From the IMG/VR virus record IMGVR_UViG_3300032007_000014: a stretch of 64,000 bases of DNA; one strand, given 5' to 3'. The DNA is from a virus. Lineage: Duplodnaviria; Caudoviricetes. The first letter of the stretch is position 1, and every line of letters begins with the position of its first letter. A program made the position numbers and the translations under genes. This document shows, piece after piece, positions 9,870 through 18,187 of the stretch. The notes under the pieces are model-generated. The model saw nothing but the letters and a program-made list of their open reading frames with translations. It did no database searches and was not told where the DNA came from.

Positions 9870-10184
9870 TTAACGCATCTTTTCGGGAACGATCGCTTCG
9901 AGATGAGCGATGTGTTCTTTGAGATGCGCAATCTTCTCGTTCACCCAGTTGAGATGATCGACAAGATTGTAACGCTTGATGAAGTTGTACCAATGAAGAG
10001 CAGCAATCTTCTCGAGCGTTTCGATGCGGTTGCGTTCGAACAGCTGAAGTTCCTCTCTGTCTTTCTTCAAGTTTTTAGCATTGGTGGTATCCAAAGCATA
10101 CTTGATGAAATCCACGATGAGGGCTCCCGTCATTTCGCCGATCGCTTCGCCAATAGCACATTCCTTATTCATGATATCCTCCAT
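9870..10184 (-). CDS. hypothetical coiled-coil protein
   Basis: 104-aa ORF; variant promoter TATATCAT at 10218-10225. Confidence 0.7.
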   Translation of the reverse strand: MEDIMNKECAIGEAIGEMTGALIVDFIKYALDTTNAKNLKKDREELQLFERNRIETLEKIAALHWYNFIKRYNLVDHLNWVNEKIAHLKEHIAHLEAIVPEKMR

Positions 10185-10271
10185 TGTTTAAGGGTTTCGG
10201 TTTGGCTTTCTACCCTAATGATATAGATTTGAATGTATTCCAACTACAATAAAATACAAAAAAGAATAAAC

Positions 10272-10301
10272 GATCCAGAGGGGTGGCCACCCCTCTGGAT
10301 C
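10272..10301 (-). terminator. perfect 30-bp palindrome, terminator-like
   Basis: GATCCAGAGGGGTGG|CCACCCCTCTGGATC with no spacer, followed by a U-rich run on the minus strand. Confidence 0.65.
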
Positions 10302-10322
10302 TTCAAGCGCGCGCTTCAGTCT

Positions 10323-10754
10323 TCATTTAGCGTATTTCTTATACGCGTCCTGTACGGTGAATGTTTTCACATTACCTTCAGGATCACGTATGGTCACAGA
10401 TTGATCAACAATGCTGTAATTCAAAACACGCAAGGCTTCATTGTAACGTTGGTTACTGATGTTGCCTGTTTTCAATGCTCGGATAAGATTACTCCCGGGT
10501 GTGTTGGCTTGTGATGGAAGAAGTCCTAGAACCTCTATCGCATATTTCCTACACTGCTGAGAGAACCACTCCTTGCTGATATTGAATTCCACGAAGATTG
10601 AGCGCAGAAGAATGTCGTCTTCGTGACGACTCTCGAGAACTTCTTCTCTCGAGAACAGAGGTGATCCAGCAGACATCTCGATCTGCAATGGAGTACACTT
10701 CGGTCCATTTAAGAATCGTTCCCGATACTCTTGACTGAGCTCAGGGATTTTCAT
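10323..10754 (-). CDS. hypothetical protein, possibly DNA-binding
   Basis: 143 aa, AAGGA RBS. Confidence 0.75.
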   Translation of the reverse strand: MKIPELSQEYRERFLNGPKCTPLQIEMSAGSPLFSREEVLESRHEDDILLRSIFVEFNISKEWFSQQCRKYAIEVLGLLPSQANTPGSNLIRALKTGNISNQRYNEALRVLNYSIVDQSVTIRDPEGNVKTFTVQDAYKKYAK

Positions 10755-10785
10755 GTTTGTTCCTTTTGGTAAGAGGATTTGAATG

Positions 10786-11649
10786 TTACTTCAAGTCTTT
10801 CTGCTCAACTCTCCTTCTGAATCTGTCGATGCAGAGATCCAACATGTGATCTGCCACATCATGTTCTGTTTCCATACGACAAGTTTTCACCAGTCCGAAG
10901 AACCACATCACAAATGCGACTTCTTTTCGCAATTGTTCATTGGTACGATCAAGTTCCCTTCTTTGGAAAAGAACTTGTATCGTGCGCTTGAGCCACATGA
11001 ATCCTTGAATGGTATCTATGCTGTATTCGGCTCTCACACTTCTTCTCTTGGTCAACGCTGACATGTAGTACAGATCAAGACAGTTGTCACATAACCTGAT
11101 GTCGTCAGGGAATGTTAGACTGTGATCGATCAAGTATCCACATGGAAGTAACGCAGTGAACTGCGGACAATTGTCTACCTTGATATCACTGGTTGATACA
11201 TCAGAGCACAACTGATAGAAGTACATATCTTCCAGAGGTTTGCTGAAGTCCATCAGTCCGTTGACAATGGATTTTCTGCAAGCTGGATGTGATACTTTCC
11301 TTGCAATCTGCTGTTCTTCTCCTTCTGTAGGAACACATGTGATGTTCACCTTTCCTTCACTGCGTAATATATACTCCAATAAGTTGTGGATAGATCGATG
11401 TGCATCTTGGATATGTCCTCCTGTTAACATATGGTAACCTTCCGCAACAATGACAGTGCAGAAGATCTCTTCCAATGTATCAGAAGGTGGTAACACTGTT
11501 GGGTTATTCAACCACTCCAGTGTACCACCTACCCAAGCTGCCACTTCTTTCCTCCACAAACTCTCTTTGATCTGAGCATTGGTTTTGATATCCTCTTTCA
11601 GATAATCAAACATTCTCAGAAGAATTGTGAATGGATTGAATTTTGCCAT
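10786..11649 (-). CDS. hypothetical protein
   Basis: Start revised to MAKFNPF (AAGGAG RBS right after the gyrB stop). Confidence 0.75.
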   Translation of the reverse strand: MAKFNPFTILLRMFDYLKEDIKTNAQIKESLWRKEVAAWVGGTLEWLNNPTVLPPSDTLEEIFCTVIVAEGYHMLTGGHIQDAHRSIHNLLEYILRSEGKVNITCVPTEGEEQQIARKVSHPACRKSIVNGLMDFSKPLEDMYFYQLCSDVSTSDIKVDNCPQFTALLPCGYLIDHSLTFPDDIRLCDNCLDLYYMSALTKRRSVRAEYSIDTIQGFMWLKRTIQVLFQRRELDRTNEQLRKEVAFVMWFFGLVKTCRMETEHDVADHMLDLCIDRFRRRVEQKDLK

Positions 11650-11659
11650 GCATGTCTCC

Positions 11660-14101
11660 TTACTCGATGTAGTTTGCATCCATGAGCTTCTTACGAGCTG
11701 TCGAGTCAACACCAAGCATATCGTAGATCTTCTTCACATCACCGACACCACGAACAACAGAGAAACATCTCGTCTGTGGATCAACGCATGTATAGAAGAT
11801 GGCTTGTTCGGACATTTCGCCGAGACCTTTGAACCTGCGAATACTGTAGCAAGTATCCAGTGTTTCAAAGATGCTGTACAGCATCGTGTAGGTGCATGGT
11901 GCGTGCATGTACAGATCACTGTATTTCGTGGTCACGTACATGTTGAAGTTTCTCCAGAATCCTCTTTCATATTCTGGAAGAACATATGCCTTCATCTCGT
12001 ACTGCAGTCTCTGCAAAGGAACCGGTATTTCAATACCAGAATCGATCAAGATAATGGAATCTGATTCCTTATTGTAAACCACATCATCGATACCAAGTAC
12101 AGACTTGATCTTCTTCACATCCGGATTACCAGAAGTGATATACTCCGAACAATGCAGAAGTTGTTCCAGTATCATGGGATCGATGTTCAAGACGTTAGCC
12201 ACTTTGATGACAGTCTTGCCAATGTGTTTCACAAGATAACAGAAACTCATGAACTGTTCATCATTCAACGTGTATTCACCTTGTTTCGTCTCGATGTAGA
12301 TATCGAGTAACGTACGATAAACACAGTTGATACGAGATTGTTCAAGAGCATCTTGATCTCTCAGATACACAGCTTGATTCTTCATGATGGTTGAGTATAG
12401 AGGAGGATTCGTGATGATCACTCGTCCTTGTTCCAGAATCAATGGATTGATCCTGTAGAATGTACCAACCAACAATGCCACGATGTGACACCCGTCAGCA
12501 TCAGCATCCGTCATGATCACGATCTTGTTAAAGTTCATGTTCGACAGATCTTTGTCGTTGGGTGTGACTCCAATCAACCGTACCATGTCCTGGTAGATCA
12601 GGTTCTGATTCAGTTTCTTGTTATCACCACGGATGGCATTGAATGGTTTGCCTCTTAATTTCAAGATGGCCTGGAACCTGTCATCACGAACTGCTTTCAC
12701 ACGACCACCTGCAGAATCACCTTCTGTGATGAAGAGTTCTGTCATGGATCTGTCTGTGGATGAACAGTTGTAGAACGAACCAATATGGTTCAAGGTATAT
12801 CCAATGCCTTTCAATGACTTGGAGATTTTGTAGGCTGTCTTGGAATACTTGGCATATTCCATCGAGAGATTCTCTTTGATGGCCTCGTAGAGAGTCTCCC
12901 ATTTCGAATCCGGCACCTTATTCAGATACCTTCTCAACATCGACCGATAGAAATCACCAAACCTGCGATTCTCAAACCTTGTTTTGTCCTGACCAATGAA
13001 GTCAACTCCATGAGAATATGTTGCAAGAATATGTCCTGACAATGGAAGCTGATACTTGCTTTCAAAATAAGCGGACAATTCTTCGCCCTCCACATAATCA
13101 AGAAGATGTGTCTTCATGACAGCTTGAAGGACGGCGATGTGAGAACTCTCTGGATGTGTGATCGGGGTTCCATTGATTGCCGCAACAAATCCATTGTGAC
13201 CCGAAGCACTTCCTTCATCCAAGAATACATCGATATCGAAACCGATCGGATCGGAATCGCCCGTAGATTCATGGATCATTCTTCCAAGTTCCCAGATTGG
13301 TTTCTTGAGACCGAATTTCTTCTGAACATATTTTCTGGGACTTACGGTGCTGTCTGTCTTGAACAACACCTTTCCAGAATCATCTCCAGTTATTCGATCG
13401 AATGTCATCCAAGTAGATTTTGGTTTATCCTCAATCACTTCTTTCGGAAGCATTCCATCAATCATCTTTATTCTGACAGTTGTGTTCGTTTTGAACACAG
13501 TGTAGAATTCAGAAAGATCAATGATTTCTTGAAGCCCACCTTCCTTGAAGAAACTCTTCGTGAAGCTGACAATGGACTTGTCCGGACGGAACATAACTAT
13601 AGTACCACATGTGTCAGCATTCTTGTCGAGGGGAGTCTGTGAGATATAGGTGTCCTTAACGTCACCGAATGCAAGTCTGATATATCCAAACCCATCCATT
13701 CGTTTTGACATCACGCAGCATTCTTCACTGAATGCTGCGATCGCCTTCATTGCAATTCCATTGGTTCCTACGGAATTGCCATACGCTGACCCTTCAAACT
13801 TACCAGACGTGAACACTTTGGTGACAGCGTCAATAAGTCTGTCGATAGGTATACCACGACCATGGTCTCGAACAATGACTTGGTAATCATCTTTGTCCTT
13901 GTTGAACAGGAATGTAATCTCAATGAGATAAGACTTATTCTTATCCAGAGATTCATCGATACTGTTATCAAGGATCTCCTTGACCATGAGGACATTGCCT
14001 CGGATATTGCTAAACTGGAAACCCCACATTCCAGGGCGTTTCTTCATATGTGCAAGACCGGATATCGTCTTGATTGACGAATCATTGTAGTCTTCTCTCA
14101 T
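11660..14101 (-). CDS. gyrB: type IIA topoisomerase/gyrase subunit B (own internal start)
   Basis: MREDYNDSSIKTISGLAHMKKRPGMW N-terminus; EILDNSIDE, DHGRGIP, EGDSAGG, LRGKPFN, IMTDADADG, RFKGLGEM; AGGAG RBS 6 nt before the ATG at 14101. Confidence 0.9.
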   Translation of the reverse strand: MREDYNDSSIKTISGLAHMKKRPGMWGFQFSNIRGNVLMVKEILDNSIDESLDKNKSYLIEITFLFNKDKDDYQVIVRDHGRGIPIDRLIDAVTKVFTSGKFEGSAYGNSVGTNGIAMKAIAAFSEECCVMSKRMDGFGYIRLAFGDVKDTYISQTPLDKNADTCGTIVMFRPDKSIVSFTKSFFKEGGLQEIIDLSEFYTVFKTNTTVRIKMIDGMLPKEVIEDKPKSTWMTFDRITGDDSGKVLFKTDSTVSPRKYVQKKFGLKKPIWELGRMIHESTGDSDPIGFDIDVFLDEGSASGHNGFVAAINGTPITHPESSHIAVLQAVMKTHLLDYVEGEELSAYFESKYQLPLSGHILATYSHGVDFIGQDKTRFENRRFGDFYRSMLRRYLNKVPDSKWETLYEAIKENLSMEYAKYSKTAYKISKSLKGIGYTLNHIGSFYNCSSTDRSMTELFITEGDSAGGRVKAVRDDRFQAILKLRGKPFNAIRGDNKKLNQNLIYQDMVRLIGVTPNDKDLSNMNFNKIVIMTDADADGCHIVALLVGTFYRINPLILEQGRVIITNPPLYSTIMKNQAVYLRDQDALEQSRINCVYRTLLDIYIETKQGEYTLNDEQFMSFCYLVKHIGKTVIKVANVLNIDPMILEQLLHCSEYITSGNPDVKKIKSVLGIDDVVYNKESDSIILIDSGIEIPVPLQRLQYEMKAYVLPEYERGFWRNFNMYVTTKYSDLYMHAPCTYTMLYSIFETLDTCYSIRRFKGLGEMSEQAIFYTCVDPQTRCFSVVRGVGDVKKIYDMLGVDSTARKKLMDANYIE

Positions 14102-14959
14102 GCTCTTCTCCTGCAATTGTTTCAATTCTTCTGTTATATCTGGTGTCAGATTCATGAGTTTCACAAATTCCACATCTTTATGTTTATGAAATCTGTGATA
14201 CATGTATTTATAATCAACACCATACATTCTACACCACTCTGCAAGTGTATGAGTCTCATTGTTGTATGTGATGTTTATATTGATCGACCTGTTGTTGGAC
14301 TGATCATATATATCCACCCATCTACAATTCTCTGGACAATAATTTCCATTTGAATTGATTCGATCGATGGATAAATCTTCACGATACCCATGAGTCTCTG
14401 CCCATTCGCGAAATGTTTCGAAATCGTGCCACTCGGGACACACTCGAATACCTCTACCACCGTAACGTTCATAACATGCACGCTGTGGCTGATAGCACCG
14501 TCTTTTCATATCGTACCAAATACGATACAATCTTCCGTCAGAATGTCCGTGTGATAGATTCCTTTCGAATAAGACATCCTTGGCCTTACAACCACACGAT
14601 TGAGTCTTGTGACTCTTAAGTGCCTTAACAGATACGGTACATATCATTCCACAGTCACATTTACATCGCCACATGACTCGTCTATCGGAATTAACTCCAA
14701 CTGGCTTCAATGCAGTTAATTTACCTGATCTGAGTCCAGTGATGTCATCAATTGGTTTGAATGGTGATTTGTAAGGTGGTACGTCACAACAACATGACGT
14801 GTACTTTCCACTTATGATGTCGCTTATTTGATAAGTGACTGTTTCTCCACATTCACAAAGTGCAATTACTTGTGAATGTTCTGTAAACTCACGACCCATC
14901 TTATCGATGATTGTCAGTTTACCATATTTCTTGTTCTTGAAGTCGTTGAAATTAATCAT
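14102..14959 (-). mobile_element. HNH homing-endonuclease-like ORF fused in frame to gyrB
   Basis: Repeated GKLT..C.C.CG..SC.C zinc modules, RLYRIW..MK.RC, YGGRGI.VC.EW, SIDRINSNGNYCPENCRW; no stop codon before gyrB. Confidence 0.8.
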
Positions 14960-14992
14960 GCTTCACCTCCATTGATTTGATTTTACACATTT

Positions 14993-15001
14993 GTAATATA
15001 T
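14993..15001 (-). promoter_or_regulatory. early promoter core ATATATTAC upstream of HNH-gyrB
   Basis: Exact motif 33 nt upstream of the ATG. Confidence 0.75.
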
Positions 15002-15076
15002 GTGTAAGAAGCTCTTGAAGGTGTAAGAACACATATCAAGGATAATAAAAATGAAAAAATAAATAGAAGAAAAGAG

Positions 15077-15110
15077 GAACACCCTACACCAGAGATGGTG
15101 TAGGGTGTTC
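15077..15110 (-). terminator. intrinsic terminator
   Basis: 15-bp arms GAACACCCTACACCA/TGGTGTAGGGTGTTC with U-rich tail on the minus strand. Confidence 0.8.
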
Positions 15111-15116
15111 ATTGAG

Positions 15117-15443
15117 TTAATCGAAAAGATCCGGTCTGGACTCACGATATTCGTTTGCACGATCATACTCTCTTCTTAGCTCATGAATGAATTCATCGAA
15201 AGCTTTTGACGCTTCCGACTTCTTCACCCAAGTGCGACGACCAGCGATCCTTTTCAATCTCTCATTGTAATGCGTAGCATGTATACTCGCCATCACACGC
15301 AAATGAGAATTGAACTCAGGGTCTTCGAACATCGGATCTTGTTCAGAAGTTCCCTCGCGAAGGGTCTCCAAACAAAGTTTCAACCCGATGAGAACTTGGT
15401 AGTGATTCATCGCATCAGCTCCGATACGAACATTGTCAGCCAT
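15117..15443 (-). CDS. hypothetical early protein
   Basis: 108 aa, AAGGAGG RBS, ATATATTAC at 15482-15490. Confidence 0.8.
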   Translation of the reverse strand: MADNVRIGADAMNHYQVLIGLKLCLETLREGTSEQDPMFEDPEFNSHLRVMASIHATHYNERLKRIAGRRTWVKKSEASKAFDEFIHELRREYDRANEYRESRPDLFD

Positions 15444-15525
15444 GATAACCTCCTTTTGGTTTGCTGTTTATATTCACAGAGGTAATATATGCACAATTCA
15501 TCATGATAAACAAAAAAAATAAAAA

Positions 15526-15549
15526 GAGGGATCTCCGAAGAGATCCCTC
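15526..15549 (-). terminator. intrinsic terminator
   Basis: GAGGGAUCUC-UUCG-GAGAUCCCUC followed by a U-tract. Confidence 0.85.
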
Positions 15550-15555
15550 AGTTAT

Positions 15556-16071
15556 TCACTTGTCCCAGAGCTGAGCCAGACGTGCTTGTCTGTTCACCAG
15601 TCCTGCGACAGTCACGTACGTGACTTTTCCATTGACAATCTTCTTCTGTTTAACCCAACGCATCAGCTGGGCTTTAACATTAGAAGAGTTACCGGAATTG
15701 ATCGCCTTGATCAGATCATTGGCATTGTGGATTGCTCCACTGCCAAAATGATAGATCATATCCGCCATAACAGCCTTCTGATTGTCAGTGAGTTTGACAT
15801 TCAGTTTAAGCTGTTCAACAGATCTGAGGCAACTGTCAACATACGTCATCAAGATCTTGTCCGCTTCCGCCTTGCTCATATACTTTTTGGAAGTGTAGAG
15901 CTTGGAAGTGAAACCATATCCGATGGTTTCCTTCCCGGCAGAGCAAAGATATACATTCGATCTGAACCCCTCATTGCGAGCGATGAGATCGAACGTAATC
16001 TTCTGAAGATCACTGGCGTTGACGTTGACGATGGTCACGAGAGTGACAAGTGCGATGATGATACTTTTCAT
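15556..16071 (-). CDS. GH24 (T4-like) lysozyme with N-terminal signal peptide
   Basis: E-x8-C-x5-T triad (EGFRSNVYLCSAGKETIGYG), GLVNR motif, hydrophobic N-terminus ending VNA. Confidence 0.88.
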   Translation of the reverse strand: MKSIIIALVTLVTIVNVNASDLQKITFDLIARNEGFRSNVYLCSAGKETIGYGFTSKLYTSKKYMSKAEADKILMTYVDSCLRSVEQLKLNVKLTDNQKAVMADMIYHFGSGAIHNANDLIKAINSGNSSNVKAQLMRWVKQKKIVNGKVTYVTVAGLVNRQARLAQLWDK

Positions 16072-16115
16072 GTTGAACCTCCTATATTGTTAAGGGTTAT
16101 CATTCATCTACCCGT

Positions 16116-16124
16116 GTAATATAT
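16116..16124 (-). promoter_or_regulatory. early promoter core ATATATTAC upstream of the lysozyme
   Basis: Exact motif 44 nt upstream of the ATG. Confidence 0.75.
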
Positions 16125-16138
16125 AGATAAAATAAGAC

Positions 16139-16179
16139 GGCATACAACAGTGCGCTGACTAGACGCACTGTTGCATACC
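16139..16179 (-). terminator. terminator hairpin closing the ncRNA locus
   Basis: GGUAUGCAACAGUGCG/CGCACUGUUGUAUGCC; its two G-U pairs form only on the minus strand; followed by GUCUUAUUUU. Confidence 0.7.
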
Positions 16180-16203
16180 TTCACAGGAGTTGAATGAAAA
16201 AAA

Positions 16204-16392
16204 GGTTGGCCGAGAGACAGGCAATCAAAGCCAGTCAACAGGAAACGGAGCCTAAGCACGGAAGTAATGCAAGTCCCCTCAGCAAATCCACTCCGCGTGG
16301 CTTCCGGAAAGGAGCCCAAGAGTATTGTGCGAATAACACTCACTGCGAAAAGACGGAATGTTCGCATATCGCCAATATCTCTCGGTCCAACC
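16204..16392 (-). ncRNA. candidate 189-nt multibranch structured RNA
   Basis: Ends pair: GGUUGG(A)CCGAGAGAUA..GGCGAU with AUUGCC-UGUCUCUCGG-CCAACC, followed by U7; 4-5 internal hairpins. Confidence 0.6.
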
Positions 16393-16403
16393 AAAATATA
16401 ATT

Positions 16404-16711
16404 AAGTCTTCCACACGAACAAACTTGTGCAACAACTGTTAGGTGCCGGGATCACCAACTTTCATTGCAAGAACACCAGATCTTCTACTGATCCATCAAC
16501 ATGCATTACTTGTTTGAATATTGTGTGTTTGAAGTAACCCTCGCAACATCTCTACTTTCAGCATGAGTGGTCTTGTATATGAATCTGATATTCTCATTTC
16601 GTTCGCATGTAGCGCGACGGATGATCAGATGTAGATCACAAAGTTTCCCTAACTACACCACACTTTATCAATGGCGCAATTGAATGCAGTGTGATATAGT
16701 GTGGAAGACTT
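16404..16711 (-). ncRNA. candidate 308-nt pseudoknotted RNA
   Basis: Perfect 13-bp terminal stem AAGUCUUCCACAC/GUGUGGAAGACUU; long internal helices; GAAA loops on the minus strand; no ORF. Confidence 0.6.
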
Positions 16712-16839
16712 GAAATTCGTTTCTATAGCATAGACACGTATGTATCTTATTACAACGATGAAAAACACTAGGGTTTCCCACATAATATGTATAAGGTATA
16801 GGATTTGCCTATCATTTATAACATAAGGAGATATACACC

Positions 16840-17337
16840 ATGTCGATGTCACCGATTGATCAAGCCTTTCATAATTTTGAAGAGGCTATACAAGGGACTC
16901 GTTCCATCCGTCAGGGGTTGATCCATGATCTGAAGAACAAGATCAACATCGTTGAGATGGATCCCAATAATGAATCACCGAGAACTATCGAAGTGAAAGT
17001 TCAGTTGATCAACACACTTGCCGGACTTCTCAAAGATGAAGAATCTGTGATGGAGCGCAATGTGAAACTCAATCTTTCTCGCAAAGAGAGTGAAGATAAT
17101 ACACAGGTTGCTGCATCTATTGGTGCACTTCTCAAAGCCATCAATCTCAATGGGAACAATGGTGGTTCTGGAGAACCTGCTAACATGAGCGCAGCAGGTG
17201 CTGGTGTGGAAGAAGCATTCCAAAAATCCGGACAAGAAATCACAGAAGGTGAACTCCAGGAATGTCAGGGTGGTCCGACCACATCCGCTCCCGTTGATGA
17301 CAAGAAGATCCTCGAAGAACCAAAGAAAGAAGACTGA
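16840..17337 (+). CDS. hypothetical protein
   Basis: 165 aa, AAGGAG RBS. Confidence 0.8.
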   Translation: MSMSPIDQAFHNFEEAIQGTRSIRQGLIHDLKNKINIVEMDPNNESPRTIEVKVQLINTLAGLLKDEESVMERNVKLNLSRKESEDNTQVAASIGALLKAINLNGNNGGSGEPANMSAAGAGVEEAFQKSGQEITEGELQECQGGPTTSAPVDDKKILEEPKKED

Positions 17338-17347
17338 TTTACAAATA

Positions 17348-17383
17348 GATCTATCTCCCTGGTGTTATCCAGGGAGATAGATC
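17348..17383. terminator. bidirectional terminator-like inverted repeat
   Basis: 15-bp arms GATCTATCTCCCTGG/CCAGGGAGATAGATC between convergent genes. Confidence 0.8.
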
Positions 17384-17400
17384 ATTATTGCCGTTGGTGA

Positions 17401-18159
17401 TCAGTTGAAACGAGAACGAATGGAGCGGATAGCCGCCATCACTGACTCGTTCTTCAGCACATCACGAAGCACGTCCATGTTGAACGTGATCTTCGCACCA
17501 CGCAGTCTGGCGTTGACAAGCTGAAGCAGTGCACTGTAGAATGCTTCGAACTTGACCGCATCCTGCGGTGGCAGCGAGTAGGTGAGACGGAAGATGTAAC
17601 CATCGCTGAAGATGGTACCGGATCCTTCAACCATGCGGTTGAACAGAGTCTCAACCAGCTCGCGGGTGCTGTACTTGATGGACGTGGAGGAACTGCTCGG
17701 AGCAACGAGGCGAACGATGCTGAAAAGCACGCGCATGCGCTCACGCAGTTTGGCCGGATTCATGGTGCGGATTTTGCACATATCGCGATACATATCGAGC
17801 ATCTTGGTGAGCTCGATGAGTTCGCGGGATTTCGGCGCCGCGGGTTTCACAGTTGCTTTCTTGGGAGCCTCCGCTGGAGCAGCCGGTTCCTTCAGATCAG
17901 CAGGCGTTGAAAGATTGAGTTTCTCTTCTTTCTTGGGAGTCACATCGATCTCGAGCTCCTCTTCCTTCTCAGGTTCAGCCGGAGTTTCCGTCACAGGAGT
18001 ACTTTCCTGTTCAGCAGGTGCTGATTCCTGCACAGGTGCAGCCTGTTCAGTGGCGGGAGCCTGATTCACAGAAGCATCCGTCGTTTCGACTTCCGGTGCC
18101 ATCTGTTCTTCTGCAGGTTGTTCACTCTGCTGATACTGATGATTGCGTTTCTTTGCCAT
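17401..18159 (-). CDS. hypothetical protein with acidic Pro/Ala/Glu-rich N-terminus (probably virion-associated)
   Basis: 252 aa, AGGAG RBS, co-oriented directly downstream of the RNAP subunit. Confidence 0.8.
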   Translation of the reverse strand: MAKKRNHQYQQSEQPAEEQMAPEVETTDASVNQAPATEQAAPVQESAPAEQESTPVTETPAEPEKEEELEIDVTPKKEEKLNLSTPADLKEPAAPAEAPKKATVKPAAPKSRELIELTKMLDMYRDMCKIRTMNPAKLRERMRVLFSIVRLVAPSSSSTSIKYSTRELVETLFNRMVEGSGTIFSDGYIFRLTYSLPPQDAVKFEAFYSALLQLVNARLRGAKITFNMDVLRDVLKNESVMAAIRSIRSRFN

Positions 18160-18187
18160 TTTGCAAATCTCCTATTTGATTTTGCGA

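Noticed and set aside
11364-11372. ATATATTAC inside a coding region
   Set aside because: Intragenic and about 600 nt from the next start; may be chance, so not listed as a promoter
14102-14959. Intein or intron carrying the HNH in gyrB
   Set aside because: The HNH is N-terminal to an intact GyrB, with no C/S...HN splice termini and no upstream exon
16104-16442. 96-aa and 82-aa ORFs in the ncRNA locus
   Set aside because: Atypical composition and overlap with strong RNA stems. The plus-strand ORF at 16194 has an AGGAG upstream but no promoter motif, so it is disfavoured rather than excluded.
16204-16711. tmRNA, SRP RNA or group I/II intron identity
   Set aside because: No tRNA-like ends or tag ORF, no SRP domain IV consensus, no interrupted host gene or recognisable intron core
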